This document shows positions 1 through 14,289 of a stretch of DNA of 64,000 bases, piece after piece. The position numbers and the translations under genes are program-made. This DNA is from Squalus acanthias. Lineage: Eukaryota. The stretch is from NCBI GenBank assembly GCA_030390025.1, contig CM059432.1, positions 50,346,001 to 50,410,000 of the forward strand, read 5' to 3'. The notes beneath the pieces are model-generated. The model was not told where the DNA came from. It saw only the letters and a program-made list of their open reading frames with translations, and ran no database searches. Numbering within the stretch: position 1 is the stretch's first letter; each line of letters opens with the position of its first letter.

Positions 1-442
1 AAACTGCACTCCAGCCTCCCTTATTTATACTGCGGAGGACCTCCCTCCGTGCTCTGAATCCCTGGACCAGGACTTCCAGGGAGGCATCCGAGAACCTGGT
101 CGCAGCCTTCTGGCACTGTGACTCCATCCTTCCTTGCACCCTCACAAAAGTTTTCGCTAGATAAGAATTAGCCATCTCTCCCAACCCCCTGTAAGCCTCC
201 TCCAACAACCTTCAACTGTGATGTGTGCAAGGCTCCTTTAAATATCTGAGCAGAAAACGAGTCATCGGTGACGTCATCAGACCCGCTCCAGTTAATTGGC
301 CGGGAAACCCACATGAATCTTTCAATTGATGCAATTCAGTTAAAAGCACAGTGCAGAACGTGCTGTTGAAAACTTCGTGATGGCGACCCGCTACGTGGCC
401 CGCATGCACCTGATCCGACTCTAAGGTAAAAAATTCCGGCCC
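1..442 (-). mobile_element. PIF/Harbinger transposon end with Myb/SANT-like gene exon 1 (runs off window start)
   Basis: Minus strand from ATG at 127 reads MESQCQKAATRFSDASLEVLVQGFRARREVL, matching the R-x-x-RFS-D-x-x-LE-x-LV motif of the Myb-like ORFs at 56428 and 54180. It ends in AAATTCCGGCCC (442) followed by TTA, a Harbinger-type TIR and target. Confidence 0.75.
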
Positions 443-939
443 TTAATTTCTTCTCAGCTTTTTGAGGTTGGGCAATGAAATTGTGAGAGTTTCATTACAC
501 CTCATAATTTGAGTGAATCTCATGCAAATTGGTCCAATGCTAAAGTCAGCAATTGTTTTTTACTCGTGCACTCTATTAGATGTGCTTGCCCAAACTGGTG
601 CTGCTGGAATTTGCCACTGACTTTTCGGAGTGTATTTGACTGTTTACTATTGGATCTAAAGTTTGTTATGAGTTTTTCTGGATATCTTTATCAACATTGT
701 CCTTGTTGCATTGCTTTCAGCTGATGTTTGGTGCTGTTTATTTGCATTATAAGACTGTTTTCAACTAATCCTTTTTCCACAAAAGTCTTGCAGTCAGCTG
801 CTATCTCACTTGCAACAAGCGAATTGTTCAGCATGGAAATTCTAAGGCACTCGTAGATTTGGAGGAGGAAAGGGATTTTCTGTGGAAGGTAGCTCGGCAG
901 GTCAAATTGCACTTGTGGCACTTGGCAACCACTTGCCAT

Positions 940-1135
940 CATGTCAGTATTCACATAGTTCAGACCCAGACACATCTGCCTTGACAGGCCAAAAGAGACC
1001 TGCCATCATCATCTATGCTTTTCAAGGTAGCAGGAACTGAGTTATGCCACCTCCATGATCTTGACCTTCAGACAGCTTCAGGCACAGCTGTCTTTGTGCC
1101 CTCTAGAACCTGCACCTTCTGGTCCTTTGCCAAAA
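940..1135 (+). pseudogene. Very decayed Harbinger transposase N-terminal fragment
   Basis: FKVAGTELCHLHDLDLQTASGTAVFV resembles FSKDVLTEICHLLQPQLQPQSRARTALPM at 57481-57711. Confidence 0.45.
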
Positions 1136-3659
1136 CCATCTCTTGTAACTGTGAACCCTCCTTTCCATTGCTCTGTGTCACTGGGGGTCTATTTTGTATC
1201 CCCAGTCACACAATATGAATGATCACGCTATGGCCACTGGAAGCTCGCAAGTGCATTGTGTGCATTTCGAGGTCAACAGCTCTCAACATTTTACAGGCAG
1301 GGCTCTGAACTACTGCTAAGCTTGGATTTGGAAAGATTAATTTACAGAGTGAAAGTAAACAGATAAAAACATCAAGGAATTGAATTAGATAAGGAGAGCT
1401 CTCTTCACTACAAATTTCTGGCACCAGTGGTTTAATACTCTTTTCACTTGATTATGTCCGTACATCCTTTACACACATCCTATAATTCAAACCTATAGTG
1501 CATATCCTTATGCTACTCTCTCTATTTAAAGTATCAACAAAGATTTTATTTACAAAATAAATTCCATAAATCACCAAGTGGAGATTACATAGTATTACAT
1601 TACACAGTATTTACAGCACAGAAACAGGCCATTCGGCCCAACAGGTCTCTGCCGGTCTTTATGCTCCACATGAGCCTCCTCCCACGTTACTTCATCTCAC
1701 CCGTAGAAACATATCAATATTAAAAAATTGTGGTGGTTATTATGACAAAATAATTTTAACTGTGATCCCTGCTTTGTGTGAAGTAAACTAAACTTTAATG
1801 TCTTCAGGCTAGGGGGGAGAAAAATTACTCAGGGTTCCCATCCCCAAATAAGTGCTGAAAAATGCATGAGTGACATCGCATGAAGTCAGCTTCAGTCTTG
1901 TCCCCTGTGGTTGAATATATCACTAACACTCAAGATCTACATGAAGTTTGAGACACATAGGTCAGGTACTGCAGAAATTCCAGGGCTCATGGAATACTGC
2001 AGAAGGATTACTTCGCTGCCTTTGGGAAAGAAGCAGAAAGAAAGGGGAGAACATTGAAAGAAAAAAACAGTTTCAACACCAGTTGTAGATGTAATTAAAA
2101 AGTTGTCCATTATCTAATCATATTACAGTGTCTGGGCCAGGTTGCTCCAATATCCATGAATACTACCATCTTACTTTATAATACACTCATATCTCGCCTT
2201 ATGCATACTGGGCTAAATTTGTTTTTTAAAATAAATCCTAATTGGTTTAATTTGTGTCAGTTAAGATTCAATACTTACCTCTAATAGGCACCAAAGCCTT
2301 GTGCAGAGGGGAAAGCTCAGTCATGGGAGCTTTCTAGATTAGCTGTAACATTGAAATTCACTCGAGATAATAGCATTATCAAACCTTGGCTCATGGTTTG
2401 AACACTGACAGTATGAAAGCCACTACCAGCATTTATTGCAGATTATTCCTGTCTCAGCAGCATTAAATTGCATATGGGATAATGCTGCTGACTCTATAAA
2501 ATGGATTTCTGCTACTGTTAAACAGAATTAACAATGGTATTTCATAAACTGGCAGCAAAAGTACATGTTGCTGAGCTTGCAGTAACGCTACACAGAATAC
2601 ATAATGAGGTTTTCATGTGAAACTGTAGCATAAACACTATTACTCTGTCAGAGACACGTAAATCTTATGTTGATTGGTCGAACAGTTTACTCAGGGAGAT
2701 CTGCAGGAGTGTTATAGTGAAGAACCTGTTACTGGCAAAGCCAAACCAGTGACAGGGGTTAGTCAAGCCAAGCTACCAGTAGAAAGAGCATTTTGATGAC
2801 TAGATTTGGAAATATCATCACAGCGCTACACAGTTGTGGGGTTATTGTCCTTTTATCATTAATAATAAATGAATAGCATTGATGCAGCGTTACTTTGAAA
2901 TAATTAATCGAGAAATCTAGCTTTCATTAGAAGTGTGCTCTGCACATGTTGGGGTAATTTTCTGAATGCACACCGGCAGCAAGAAACCTCGCCTACTGTC
3001 AGCGAATGTCAGAACATCACAGGCAATATGCACTGGTCTGGGGCAAGATTCTTCCCACACTTGGAAAATTTAAGCTTTTATGTGTTTTAAAAAATATACT
3101 GAAAACCAAGCGGGTTTATCTGATGGTAGGGAGGGGTCTGTACAAGGAGGTAAATGTTGAAAAGTCTGTCAGATCAAAACTGTGAGAGAAAGGTTTTGTG
3201 ATGATTCTGAGAGAGAGATAAAATTAGTTCAAGTAACATAATTTTTAAAAAGAACCTCTGCAGAAGTTATAAATGGCCCTTGGTCTTAAAACCATGTAAC
3301 ATGCATTTAACTTGGAAAGGGTGGGATTGCAATAGTCTTCGGCATTTTCTAACATCGAGTGCATTTGCTGCTGTTTTAAAGTTGGCATATTCTGAAAAAA
3401 ATGGTGAGGGACCCAGTCCAGGTGTTCAGTATATGTAGTTTAATATACCTCCAGTTTATTTTACATTAATACTTAATAATATTTGTTATTATTAATACAT
3501 GTTATTTGAGGCCAAAATAAAATGCGAGGTGCTTTCAATATTTACTGAAAATAAAAAAAGGATAATGATTACCACTAAGGAAGAATTAATATAAACCAAA
3601 TGAATATTAATAAAAAAATCTGCAAAACCATGTTACGTCAACATTTCAAGAATTTACAA

Positions 3660-4300
3660 CTGCTGTACAGCAGCATCCCCTGGACTGATCCAGGCTATTC
3701 TTTTCGCCTTCCGATAGAGGCATGTGCCTCATTATTTCTTTCAGCTGCAGGTATGGGATTCTGCCCTGCTGTGATCGGACAGACCTCCAGAGGATATCCT
3801 TTGTACCCAAGATCCATCCATTTGGAGCAAAACAACCTTGAAATGAAGGTGCGACTCGAGACTGGCTTGGGATCTACGTGCATGATGCAGTTCAGATGAT
3901 CACACACAATCTGCATTTTGATGGAGTGGGATATCTTCCTGTTCAGGAATGGCATGGCATTGTTACAAGGAGCCTGTATGGCTATGTGGGTTACAACAAT
4001 GAGGCCTTGCACTGTCGAGAATCCTACTACTCTGAAAAGGCAGATAGCTCTCTCCTTCTGATGTTCCTCATCCTTCAAAAAAGCGATGAAGTTGTTGGCC
4101 ATGGGCAAACGTTCCTCCTGGACCTGCTGGATGCGGTGGTGTGCTGCATACTGGCTGATATGATATTTGTTACCCACGAATCCCTACAAGGAGCCAGTGG
4201 CATAAAGGTTTAAGGCAGTGGCGACTTTCAACACCCCGGGCAGAGCCACGTCAGTTGTGGAGGAGGTTTGGAGGTCCTGCCTCCCTATTGAAATGTAAGG
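3660..4300 (-). pseudogene. Harbinger DDE transposase remnant (HARBI1-like)
   Basis: ORF 3695-4177 has GFSTVQGLIVVTHIAI, FLNRKISHSIKMQIVCDH, LGYKGYPL and AERNNEAH. These are degenerate forms of the Harbinger motifs G-x-IDCTH, NRKG-x-HS-x-N-x-Q-x-VCD, GD-x-GYP and YN-x-AH; the catalytic Asp residues are lost. Confidence 0.85.
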
Positions 4301-4825
4301 CCTAAGTCATGTGTTATACACTGTTGTTTTCTATGCAGATGGTTCCTTGAGTAGTCAGATGCTTTCTGAGCACATCTGTCTCTACCCCAAGGTGAAAAAT
4401 TCCTCTTTATCCTCCATCTCTCTCAGGGCAAGGGAAACCCCAAAAGAATGTCCATGCTATCCTTAAGTTGATGTTACCTATTTCAGGCAAATTGACTTAA
4501 ATGGCAAGTGTTCAGAAATTAAATTCAAACCAAAGGAAACAAATTTAAGATATAATCAAAGAAACTAACTATAGTGCAATGCAAAGAAGTCGAAGAACCA
4601 AAGACTCTTAGATCTCACAAGAGGTCATGCTGGACAGTTTAAGACTATTTTTGGTGATTGTGCAACTGCAGCAGTGTGTTCTGTTCCAGATTTTACAGCT
4701 GCCCAGCAATAACATGACATCAATGACACAACAGAATGTGCAGGGTAGGAAGGACATGCCCCCACAATATATATAATTACTGGCCCTGATCACGCTTGAC
4801 TGGCCCTGATCAGCTTTCCATCGCA

Positions 4826-6362
4826 TAAGAATTAGGAGCAGGAGTAGGCCATACGGCCCTTCAAGCCTGCTCCACCATTCAAGAAGATCATGACTGATCT
4901 TCGACCTCAAATCCACTTTCCCGCCTGATGCCCATATCCCTTGATTCCCCTAGAGTCCAAAAATCTATCTATCTCAGCCTTGAATATATTCAATCACTCA
5001 GCATCCACAGCCCTTTGGGGTAGAGAATTCCAAAGATTCGCAACCCTCTGAGTGAAGAAGTTCCTCCTCATCTCAGTCTTAAATGGCCGACCCCTTATCC
5101 TGAGACTATGCCCCCCTATTTCTAGACTCTCCAACCAGGGGAAACAACTTCTCAGCATCTACCCTGTCAATACCCCTCAGTTTCTTATATGTTTCAATGA
5201 GATCACCTCTCATTCTTCTAAACTCCAGAGAGTATAGGCCCAATCTACTCAATCTCTCCTCATAGGACAACCCTCTCATCCCAGGGATCAATCTAGTGAA
5301 CCTTTGTTGCACTGCCTCTAAGGCAAGCATGTCCTTCTTCAGATAAGGAGACCAAAACTGTGCACAGTACTCCAGGTGTGGTCTCACCAAAGCCCTGTAA
5401 AATTATAGTCCAACCCCCTTGTAATAAAGGCCAACCTGTCATTTGCCTTCCTAATTGCTTGCTGTACCTGCATGCTAACTTTCTGTGTTTCCTGTACGAG
5501 GACACCTAAATATCTCTGAACACCAACATTTAATAGTTTTTCACCAGTTAAAAAATATTCTGTTTTTCTATTCGTCCCACCAAAGTGAATAACCTCACAT
5601 TTCCCCACATTATACTCCATCTGCCACCTTATTGCCTACTCACTTAACCTGTCTATATCCCTTTGCAGGCTCTTTGTGTCCTCCTCACAGTTTACTTTCC
5701 CATCTAGCTTTGTATAATCAGCAAACTTGGATATATTACGCTCGGTCCCTTCATCTAAGTCATTAATATAGATTGTGAATAGCTTAGGCCCAAGCACTGA
5801 TCCTTGCGGCACTCCACTAGTTACAGCCTGCCAACTGGAAAATCACCCATTTATTCCTACTCTCTGTTTTCTGTCGGTTAACTAATCCTCTTTCCATGCT
5901 AATATATAACCCCCAACCCCATGAGCCTTTATCTTGCGTAGCAACCTTTTATGTGGCACCTTATTGAATTTTTGAAAATCCAAATATACTACATCCACTG
6001 GTTCCCTTTTATCGACACTGCTAGTTACATCCTCAAAAACTCTAATAAATTTGTCAAACGTGATTTCCCTTTCATAAAACCATGTTTACTCTGCCTAATT
6101 AAATTATGATTTTCTAAGTGCGCTGTTACCACTTCCTTGATAATGGATTCTAGCATTTTCCCGACGACTGATGTCAGGCTAACTGGCCTGTAGTTCGCTG
6201 TTTTCTCTCTCCCTCCTATAGTGGGTTACATTTGCTACCTTCCAATCCACTAGGACCATTCTAGAATCTAGGGAATTTTGGAAGATCACAACCAAAGCAT
6301 CCACTAAGTCTGCAACCCTAGGATGTGGACCATCAGGTCCTGGGGATTTGTTGGCTTTTATC
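4826..6362 (-). mobile_element. CR1 LINE, 5'-truncated (RT region to 3' UTR), frameshifted
   Basis: Minus-strand fragments KSPGPDG, KCEVIHFG and VRPHLEYCAQFWSP...RGDLIETYK; CR1 3' tail at about 4826-4900. Confidence 0.92.
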
Positions 6363-6489
6363 ACGGAGCAATGCAAGCCTTCTCCTCCCCCAGCACAGGC
6401 CCAGTTGGATATCCAAGGAAAGCACAAATTCCGCCCCCTGCCCCAACCCCTTAGGTCTTTCACCACCGCCCCCCACCCCCCCACCCATG

Positions 6490-6757
6490 TAGTGTTGCCA
6501 ACTTTTGTTGGACATATTTCAGGAGGTTTCATCACATGACCTCCCGCCTCCAACCACCACATCCAATCAAACAGCCTTTTTTCCCATCTCAAATAGTTAT
6601 ATAACTTATAAACAAAAGTGTTCAAAGAAAATGAATAAAACACATTTTTTTAAATGGCCGAAATATTGTTTCTCCCGGATTGCTCGCAGCAGCGTTCAGT
6701 AGGTTAATCATTGATTCCTGGAGACACCAGGACAATCCTGGAGGGTTGGCAACCATA
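6490..6757. mobile_element. Small non-autonomous DNA element with GTTGCCAAC terminal inverted repeats
   Basis: TAGTGTTGCCAAC at 6490 and GTTGGCAACCATA ending at 6757 are inverted copies. Confidence 0.55.
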
Positions 6758-7940
6758 ACCCCATGCCTGGCACGCAATAGCGCATGGGAACGGAATTTCA
6801 GCTGTTAAGTTCTACCACAAAAAAGAATATTAACGCTCTTTTCAAAAAGGAAATCAATATGGCTCTAAATGTGAAAACAGGAGAACTTGGTACTAAAAAC
6901 ATAAATAGGCCGATAATGTGGAGTGTGGAGCCTGAAGCAATGTCTCGCTCCTGGTGCAGGGGCTGTGTATAGTCAGGTGTAACCTTTTCGGAGTTTAATA
7001 GGCAAATATCTATAGCTCCCCTCCCCCTTTGAGATTTTCAGGGAGACCTGCTTGGTGCCTGGTGATATATGGGAATGATTAAACACAAGCAACTGTCTGC
7101 GCGACATAATTCTCTCCTGAGATATGATCATAAGACAGATTGATGTAGTGATGTAGGAAGAGGGCTACATCAGCATGGTCCTTCCAGAGGGAAAAGAAAA
7201 GAGGTCAGTCATAGCTCTTCAATATTTCAACAGCAGCATGCACGCACGAGCATGGAATCAGTGTACAATTAAAACTGTCTTGTAGCACCAAGATGCACTC
7301 ACACCGATGTGTGAATGCTGTAATTTATTTTTGTTCCTCTGCAGTTCAGCAATTAGAAACACGAACCAATTAAAGATGTTGCAAAAAAAAAAGCAAATTA
7401 AATTTAAGAGTTTCTGCCCCTTGACTGCCATTCATCAATGTCATTCTGTTTTACACATAATTTAGAGGATTCAAAAAGGGATGCACTCAGTGTCACCATT
7501 GACCCATGCGCTAGACAAAGCCAGCTTGCACTGCTTGGCCATCTGTGACACTGCACAAGGGTGATGCACTGAAGGTGATACAACAACCACAGGAGATGTA
7601 AAGGGCACCAACAGAGCCCAAGTGAACATCTGGTGCGATCTTCCCTGCAGTAGATGATATTTTTTTTTTTAAATGCTATCTTTAACGTGTTTTACTACAA
7701 AGACCTCTTCATACTAGAAAAGATGTTGAATTGAGTGCAGAGCTGGGTATCACTGGCATCCTCGCGCAATGCAGCAGCAGGCACCCTTGTCTGGATGCAA
7801 TAATATCATTTGTGGGTCTGGCGCAGTGTCTGTGAAGAAAACAAAACCAGGTTATACAAATTATAACTGGCACCCCTAGGATAGCACAGCTTGTCCCTGT
7901 TTGTTGGTATGCTTTATCGAAAGGAAGCTCACTTCTATCA

Positions 7941-8178
7941 TAACAACAACAACAACAACTTGTATTTATATAACGCCTTTAATGTAGTAAAACGTCCCAA
8001 GGCGCTTCACAGGAGTATTGTAAGACAAACAATTTGACACCAAGCCACATAAGGATAAATTAGGCCAGGTGACCAAAAGCTTGGTCAAAGAGGTAGGTTT
8101 TTAGGAGCGTCTTAAAGGAGCAAAGAGAGGTAGCAAGGTTTAGGAAGGGAATTCCAGAGCTTAGGGCCTAGGCAACAG
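7941..8178 (-). mobile_element. L2-type LINE 3' end
   Basis: (ACA)n followed by ACTTGTATTTATATA...CGTCCCAAGGCGCTTCACAGG; the same sequence recurs at 10135, 10298, 33580 and 42130. Confidence 0.75.
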
Positions 8179-10134
8179 CCAGATATGTGGTCATATGTGC
8201 GTGCACCAATTCATTGACATGAAAATGGTGGGTTCCTCATATGGAGCCAACTGCAGTGCGTACTTAATGGACTGAAGGTCTAAGAAAGTTTATGGGGCCG
8301 AATCTACTCGGCCGTTCCAGTGCACTCCTGCCAGAACTCTGGTGGCTGTCCAGTGGAAAAGAAATAAGCCAGGATCCAAATACAACAAGTCGTGCCTATG
8401 TTGAGATTTCCCACTCGGCCTTGTAAGGACTGGAGTTGCTGGCCAGTGATGCAAAGAGGGAAGAGCTGGGATAGGGGCTAAGACCAGTGGCAAAGCCTCC
8501 CTAAACTGGGAGTTTCCACTTCCCTGACCTGAGTGAGTCCCGGCAAAAGGCTGGCATGCCCAGTGAGATGAAGGGCACAGGTGGACCCCACTGAGGGCTC
8601 CAGGACAGCGAAACAGCCTGGATCCCCAAAGATGAGATACAGTTATTAAATATATTTTACTATCAGCTCCCTTTGTCAGGGGGTGCAGAATAGATAGGAC
8701 TGGGCGTCCTCTACCACCCCCCCACCCCCCCAGATGCTGACCAGGCACTGCAATTTTGAGCAGCATTAGGCTGGCAGGTGCCTGAGATATGCCCAGAGGC
8801 ATCAATCAACCCCATTCAAATGAAGTGCCCTCTCATGGACCCTGCATGCTCTGGTGAGGTCAGCATTGGAGGGCATAGCCAAGCATGATACCAACACATC
8901 TGCTGGAATCACAGCCCAATGACTTTTGGTGCCAACATTTCACACAGAGGTCGGCATTGTGATGCACAAAACCTGATTAAAATATCGGCAACTTGTATTT
9001 CTATAGCTCTCTTTACATACACAAAGAAACATCTTAGAGCACTTTACAAGATGGAAGACAAGGAGCAGATACCAAGTAGAAAGAGAAAAGAGAAAAAGAG
9101 GGTTTGGAAGTCAAAGAGAAAAGTCTTGAGGCTTGTGAAAGCACCCTGGAAGGTAACAAGGCGGAGGGACTGAGAGCGGTAGTTTCAAATCACAGAGATA
9201 TAGGCGGGGAAACGGAACAGAAGTGAGGGAGCGTGGTAGTGGGCGGGGGAGGGAGGAACCCAGAAAGCCCAGGGACACGGATGTCCTGCCGATATTAAAG
9301 GCAGGACTTCATTATCATTTTTTTCTTGTGTTTCCCACCAGGCAGCCGGCTAAATTGACAGGCTGGCCGGCTGCCGGGCGGGAAAACCAGCGGCAGGAGG
9401 CCACATTCGGAAACCATTGGGGACAGTCCCTAGCAATCAGGAGACATCAGAGCTGGGTGCAGAGGTACTCTATTGGCCACCGTAAAAATGGCAGCAGGCG
9501 TATACACAGCGGGTTGGGGATGCATTCCCTGATTTTAAATTTTTAATCCCCCCAGCCCCACAAAAGAACAAGGATTAAGCCAATGTTGGAGGAGCGGAGG
9601 GTGCAGGCAGGATCATACAGCTGGAGGACATAGTTGAGGTAGGAGGCTATGAGTCCACGGAGAGATTGGAAGGTGAATTGATGCTCAAAGTCAATTCATT
9701 GGGGAATGGAGCGTCACATGGTGCTTGGCAAGAACAGAGGTGATCAAGGTATGGGCTTTAGTGTGGGTGAGGATGCAGGCCAAAGTGCTTTGAATAAGTT
9801 ACAATTTGTGGAAGCAGATAGGGCAGAAAGGAGATCATTGGAGAAATCAAGGTAATAGAAGTGTAGATTCATGTCACAGCAGCAGAGGGGGAGAGGTAAC
9901 GGTAGAGACAGAGCAGGGTTTTATCCGCCTGGGAGATAATCTGCCAGACATCGCCCACATTTTATAGAACCCGCCAGATTTTCATTCCATTGAAATCATG
10001 TTTGGAGGTGAAAGAAAGTAATGTTAGTAAAGGATCTGCTGTGAGGGAGCAAACTCAAGGTTGAGCAGTACCTTACGATTCCACATCAAAAAACAAAATT
10101 GAGGCCACTGACATGAGCTGAATAGTGCGTAAGC

Positions 10135-11080
10135 ACAACAACAACAACTCGCATTTATATAGCATCTTTAATAGAGGAAAGCCTCCCAAAGCACCTCACT
10201 GAAGCGTAATCAGACAAAAATTGGCACAAGACAAGTAAGAAGATATCAGAACAAGTAACTTAAAAGCTTAGTCAAAGAGGTAAGTTTTGAGGGTTTTCAA
10301 CAACAACAATAATTTGCATTTATATAGCACCTTTAACATAGTAAAATGTCCCAAGGCACTTCACAGGAGCATTATCAAACAAAATTTGACACAGAGCCAC
10401 GGAGGGAGATATTAGGACAGGCGACCAAAAGCCTAATCAAAGAGGTAGGTTTTAGGAGCGTCTTAAAGTAGGAGAGAGAGGTAGAGAGGCAGAGAGGTTT
10501 AGGGACGGCATTCCAGAGTTTAGAGCCAGGCAGATGAAAGCATGGTCGCTAATGGTGGGGCGATTAAAATCGGGGATGCTCAAGAGGCCAGAATTGGAGG
10601 AGCGCAGAGATCTTGGAGAGTTGTAGGGCTGGAGGAGGTTACAGAGATAGGGAGGGGCATGGACATGGAGCAATTTGAAAACAAAGATGAGAATTTTAAA
10701 ATTGAAGCGTTGGTGAACTGGGAACTAATGTACGTCAGTGAGCATGGGGGTGATGGGTGAACGGGACTTGGTGCGAGTTAAAATATGGCAGCAGAGTTTC
10801 GGATGAGCTCAGGTTTATGGAGGGTGCAAGATGGGAGGCCAGCCAGCAGACCATTGGAATATTTGAGTCTGGAGGTAACAAAAGCTTGGATGAGAAAGCA
10901 TGGGTGGAAGTAGGCGGTCTTTGTGATGGAGGGGATATGGTGTCGGAAGTTCAGCTCAAAGTCAAATAGAACGCCGAGGTTGCAAACAGTTTGGTTCAGC
11001 CTGAGACAGTGGCCAGGGAGAGGGATGGAATCGGTGGAGAGGGCACGCAATTTGTGGTGGGAGCTGAAGACAAAGGCTTA
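10135..11080 (-). mobile_element. Two tandem L2 LINE 3' fragments
   Basis: Two (ACA)n tails at 10135 and 10298. Minus-strand peptides NLGVLFD, IQAFVTSRLKYSNGLLAGLP and APPYLCNLLQPY...RSLRSS are typical of the L2 ORF2 C-terminus. Confidence 0.85.
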
Positions 11081-11674
11081 GATGGCGCATCACGGGTGAT
11101 TGCACAGTCTAGTGCCCGCAGCAGGGAGCCATACTCTAAAGGGGACCTTAGAAAACTGCAGACCTGCAGCCTGTGATTTTCTATCTATTAAAATGAATGA
11201 ACAAAAGATTACAAATTGCATGCCCACAGATACATTATCTGTGAGTGCTGATTCCCACTGGGGGAGCGGGGGAGGGGGGCAGGGAGTTTGCAGAATCTAC
11301 TCTATCATGTTGAGTCACAATTGACTTTAATTTATGCCTGTCCGTGACCACTGATTTTTGACTGTAATCCAAGCTCTGACTGCTGAAGCCTAGCCACACA
11401 AAAAATTCCTTTCTTATAGTGCCAAGAGCAAGGTTCCAGGATGTGAATGGATCTTGCAACATCAGGCCAGTTATAGTATTGGGCACAAGAGGATAAAACT
11501 GAGCACATATGATCTTGCTGCCTCTACATGTGCACCCAAAGCAAGTTGATGCACAGGACCCCACAGTGATCAGCAAAATAATGTAATTTTTCATTTAAAC
11601 AGCAAGAGGGAGACAGTAAAAGGGAGACAGATATACACAGAATAGCAGATAGAAATGCATAAAGTAAGAGATAT

Positions 11675-11943
11675 GGGCTGGATTTTGTCTTGGGGTCGGG
11701 TTGGGGTCATGTCATTCACATTTCGTGTTCCCCCCCCCCGACTCCAGATTAATGTGGATGAATGATGCAATTTTCAATTAATTGGGCAATTGAGTTCCAG
11801 CATGTGGGAACCCCGTGACTGATTTTGTCAAAATTGGGTGGAGGCGGGATGGAGTCGGGATGGGGTCGGGACCCCCGACCCCGCAAATTTAACCCCCCAC
11901 ACGCCTCCAAACCCGACTCCATGGGTCATTCAAAATCCAGCCC
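11675..11943. mobile_element. Harbinger-type MITE
   Basis: TIRs GGGCTGGATTTTG (11675) and CAAAATCCAGCCC (11943), with GGGTCGG-like subterminal repeats. Confidence 0.75.
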
Positions 11944-12442
11944 TTGAGTGACAGTGAGATACAAACACACCTATAAGAGAGAAAGATAGAGAAGACGTTC
12001 ACTAATTGAGTGAACTGCTCAATTTTTTTCTTATGTGATATTTTGTTTGCTGTGATAACTCATCACTATATCAGGTGTTATATTATTGGTCGACTGATTA
12101 AACACTAAAATCTTAGTCAACTGCACAAGTTCAAGTTTAGTAAACATTGCTTTAAAATCTCTCTGATCCAAACTGCATTCACCACTGCTTCAGGTTGTGA
12201 ATCTGATCTGAAGCTAACTTTACCTTTTCAACAAGACTGCTGTCATGAGGTTGTTTTCTGAATTGGATTGAATATTTTTAATTTGATCCTTTAATCAGAT
12301 ATCAGCTATCAGACTGAGTTGGTAATGGCACAGCCCAATATGGAACTGAGCCATATAGACTGGTAAGATTCGAGATTCACTCCCTGGTCTGTGCAGAGTT
12401 GGCTGATCTCAGCCAGTTGATAGTGCTGTGACTGGCCCTGGG

Positions 12443-13768
12443 CTAGAGGGAGTGCAACGAAGGTTCACCAGACTGATTCATGGGATGAGGGGATTGTCCT
12501 ATGAGGAGAGATTGAGTAGACTAGGTCTATATTCTCCAGAGTTTAGAAGAATGAGAGGTGGGGCTGGATTTTATGAATGGAGACGTGTTGGAGGCGGGAC
12601 TGCTGCTTGCCAGGTTTCAGTCCTGCCTCCATCAGCTTCTGGCCAACCAGCGGGATCTTCTCGATTGACCTTGTTAAGCCTGCCCGGGGGGCTCAGCAGG
12701 CCAATTAGGGGGAAGTCAGTGACAGAGCACGTCAACGTATGACGTATCATCTGTCAAGAACTTTTGAAAGAAGAAATGTCATCGTTTGACAGCTCTATGA
12801 AGCTGTCAAACACTGACATTCTGTGTAGTTTGATGAGTCCTTGTGTTCAGGACTCATCAAACCTTTCTACTTTGCAGAAATCAGCTGGCTGTTGGATCGG
12901 AGGATGCAACAGCCAGTCTGTGATCTCTACAATGGAGATGTCGGGACTCCGGCTCCACAGCGGCTGAAGGCTGTAGTTAGAAACAAAGGTAAGTTAACAT
13001 TTTCTAACACTTTATACTCACCTCACATACTTACCACTCCACACTTGCACACATCACTCACCTCTACATCACACTTTCAGACCCCTCCAACCCCGCAGAC
13101 CTCCTACTCGCCTCCTACACCCTGGCGGGGTTCCCCCAGGTTGGGAAGCCCGCACTTCAGGACAGAAAATGGGGATAATCCTATTTTCTGCCTGTTAACT
13201 ACCTGTTAACAGGCAGTTAATAGGCTTTAATCCCTTCCCGCCTCCAAGGAGACGGGACCCTGGGCAGGACGGCTTCCCGCCTCCTGGCAAGAGGGCACGG
13301 AGGCGGGTTGGGGGTGGGTTTGCCCCCAAATTCTGCCACTTTCCTGGCAGTCCCGCTTCCATACCCGCCTCCTCGGTGATCTCATTGAAACATACAAAAT
13401 CCTTACAGGGCTTGACAGGGTTGATGCAGGGAGGATGTTTGCCCTGGCTGGGGAGTCTAGAACCAGGGGTCACAGTCTCAGAATAAGGGGTCGGCCATTC
13501 AGGACTGAGAGGAGGAGAAATTTCTTCACTCAGAGGGTGGTGAATCTTTGGAATTCTCTACCCCAGAGGGCTGTGGAGGCTCAGTCGTTGAGTATATTCA
13601 AGACAGAATTCAATAGATTTTTGAATATTAAGGGAATCAAGGGATATGGGGATAGTGCAGGAAAGTGGAGTTGAGGTAGAAGATCAGCCATGATCATACT
13701 GAATGGCGGAGCAGGCTCGAAGGGCCAAATGACCTACTCCTGTTCCTATTTCTAATGTTCTCATGTTC
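12443..13768 (+). mobile_element. CR1 3' fragment split by a MITE
   Basis: LEGVQRRFTRLI...EFRRMRG stops at 12560 and resumes at about 13375 as GDLIETYK...GKWS plus the 3' UTR. Confidence 0.9.
12561..13374. mobile_element. Harbinger-type MITE (family shared with 29926 and 48110), right TIR lost
   Basis: Starts GGGCTGGATTTT, interrupts CR1 coding sequence, and carries the internal TGACAGC/GCTGTCA palindrome and the CTGTTAAC repeats seen in the other copies. Confidence 0.8.
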
Positions 13769-13778
13769 TAAGGAGATA

Positions 13779-13917
13779 TTCTGATGAAAGGTCATCGACT
13801 CAAACCGTTAACTCTGTTTTTCTCTCTCCACAGATTCTGCCTTACCTGCCGAGTGTTTCCATCATTTTCTGTTTTTATTGCAAATTTCCAGCATCCGCAG
13901 TATTTTCCTTTTGTTTT
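13779..13917 (+). mobile_element. Penelope-like element terminal fragment with a damaged hammerhead motif
   Basis: Reverse-complement homolog of 43124-43254 and 58513-58646. CTGATGA is intact but GAAA is mutated. TAAGGAGA flanks both sides. Confidence 0.7.
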
Positions 13918-14289
13918 AAGGAGAGAAATAATCAGCCATAGATCCTGTTCCTGTTCACTATCCAGTGACCGCTCCTCCACCCAGCTGAAAATGATACGCA
14001 TGCAGTCACCTCTTTCGGTAAGTCCAGCGTGGCTGTGATGCTCCTTTCCTCATCTATGTGATTACGGTTGCAGCACAGAGGAGGCCATTTAGTCCAATTC
14101 CCTGCTCTTTTCCTGTACCCTATACAATATTTTTCTTCTTCAAATATTTTTCTAATTCTCCCTTAAATATTTTGAATGACTCGGCTTCAAAAGATACTTG
14201 TAATGTATTCTATATTCAAATAACCCTTCACATGAAATTTATTTTCTGACTTCCCCTTTTATAGTTCTCGTACTAATCGTAAACTTATG

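Noticed and set aside
2280..2342. Minus-strand exon-like segment with good splice sites (similar one at about 58859-58913)
   Set aside because: Stops occur in all three frames; a non-coding exon cannot be supported without RNA data.
3695..4177. Possible domesticated HARBI1 host gene
   Set aside because: Catalytic residues are lost, there are deletions, and several similar decayed copies occur in the window.
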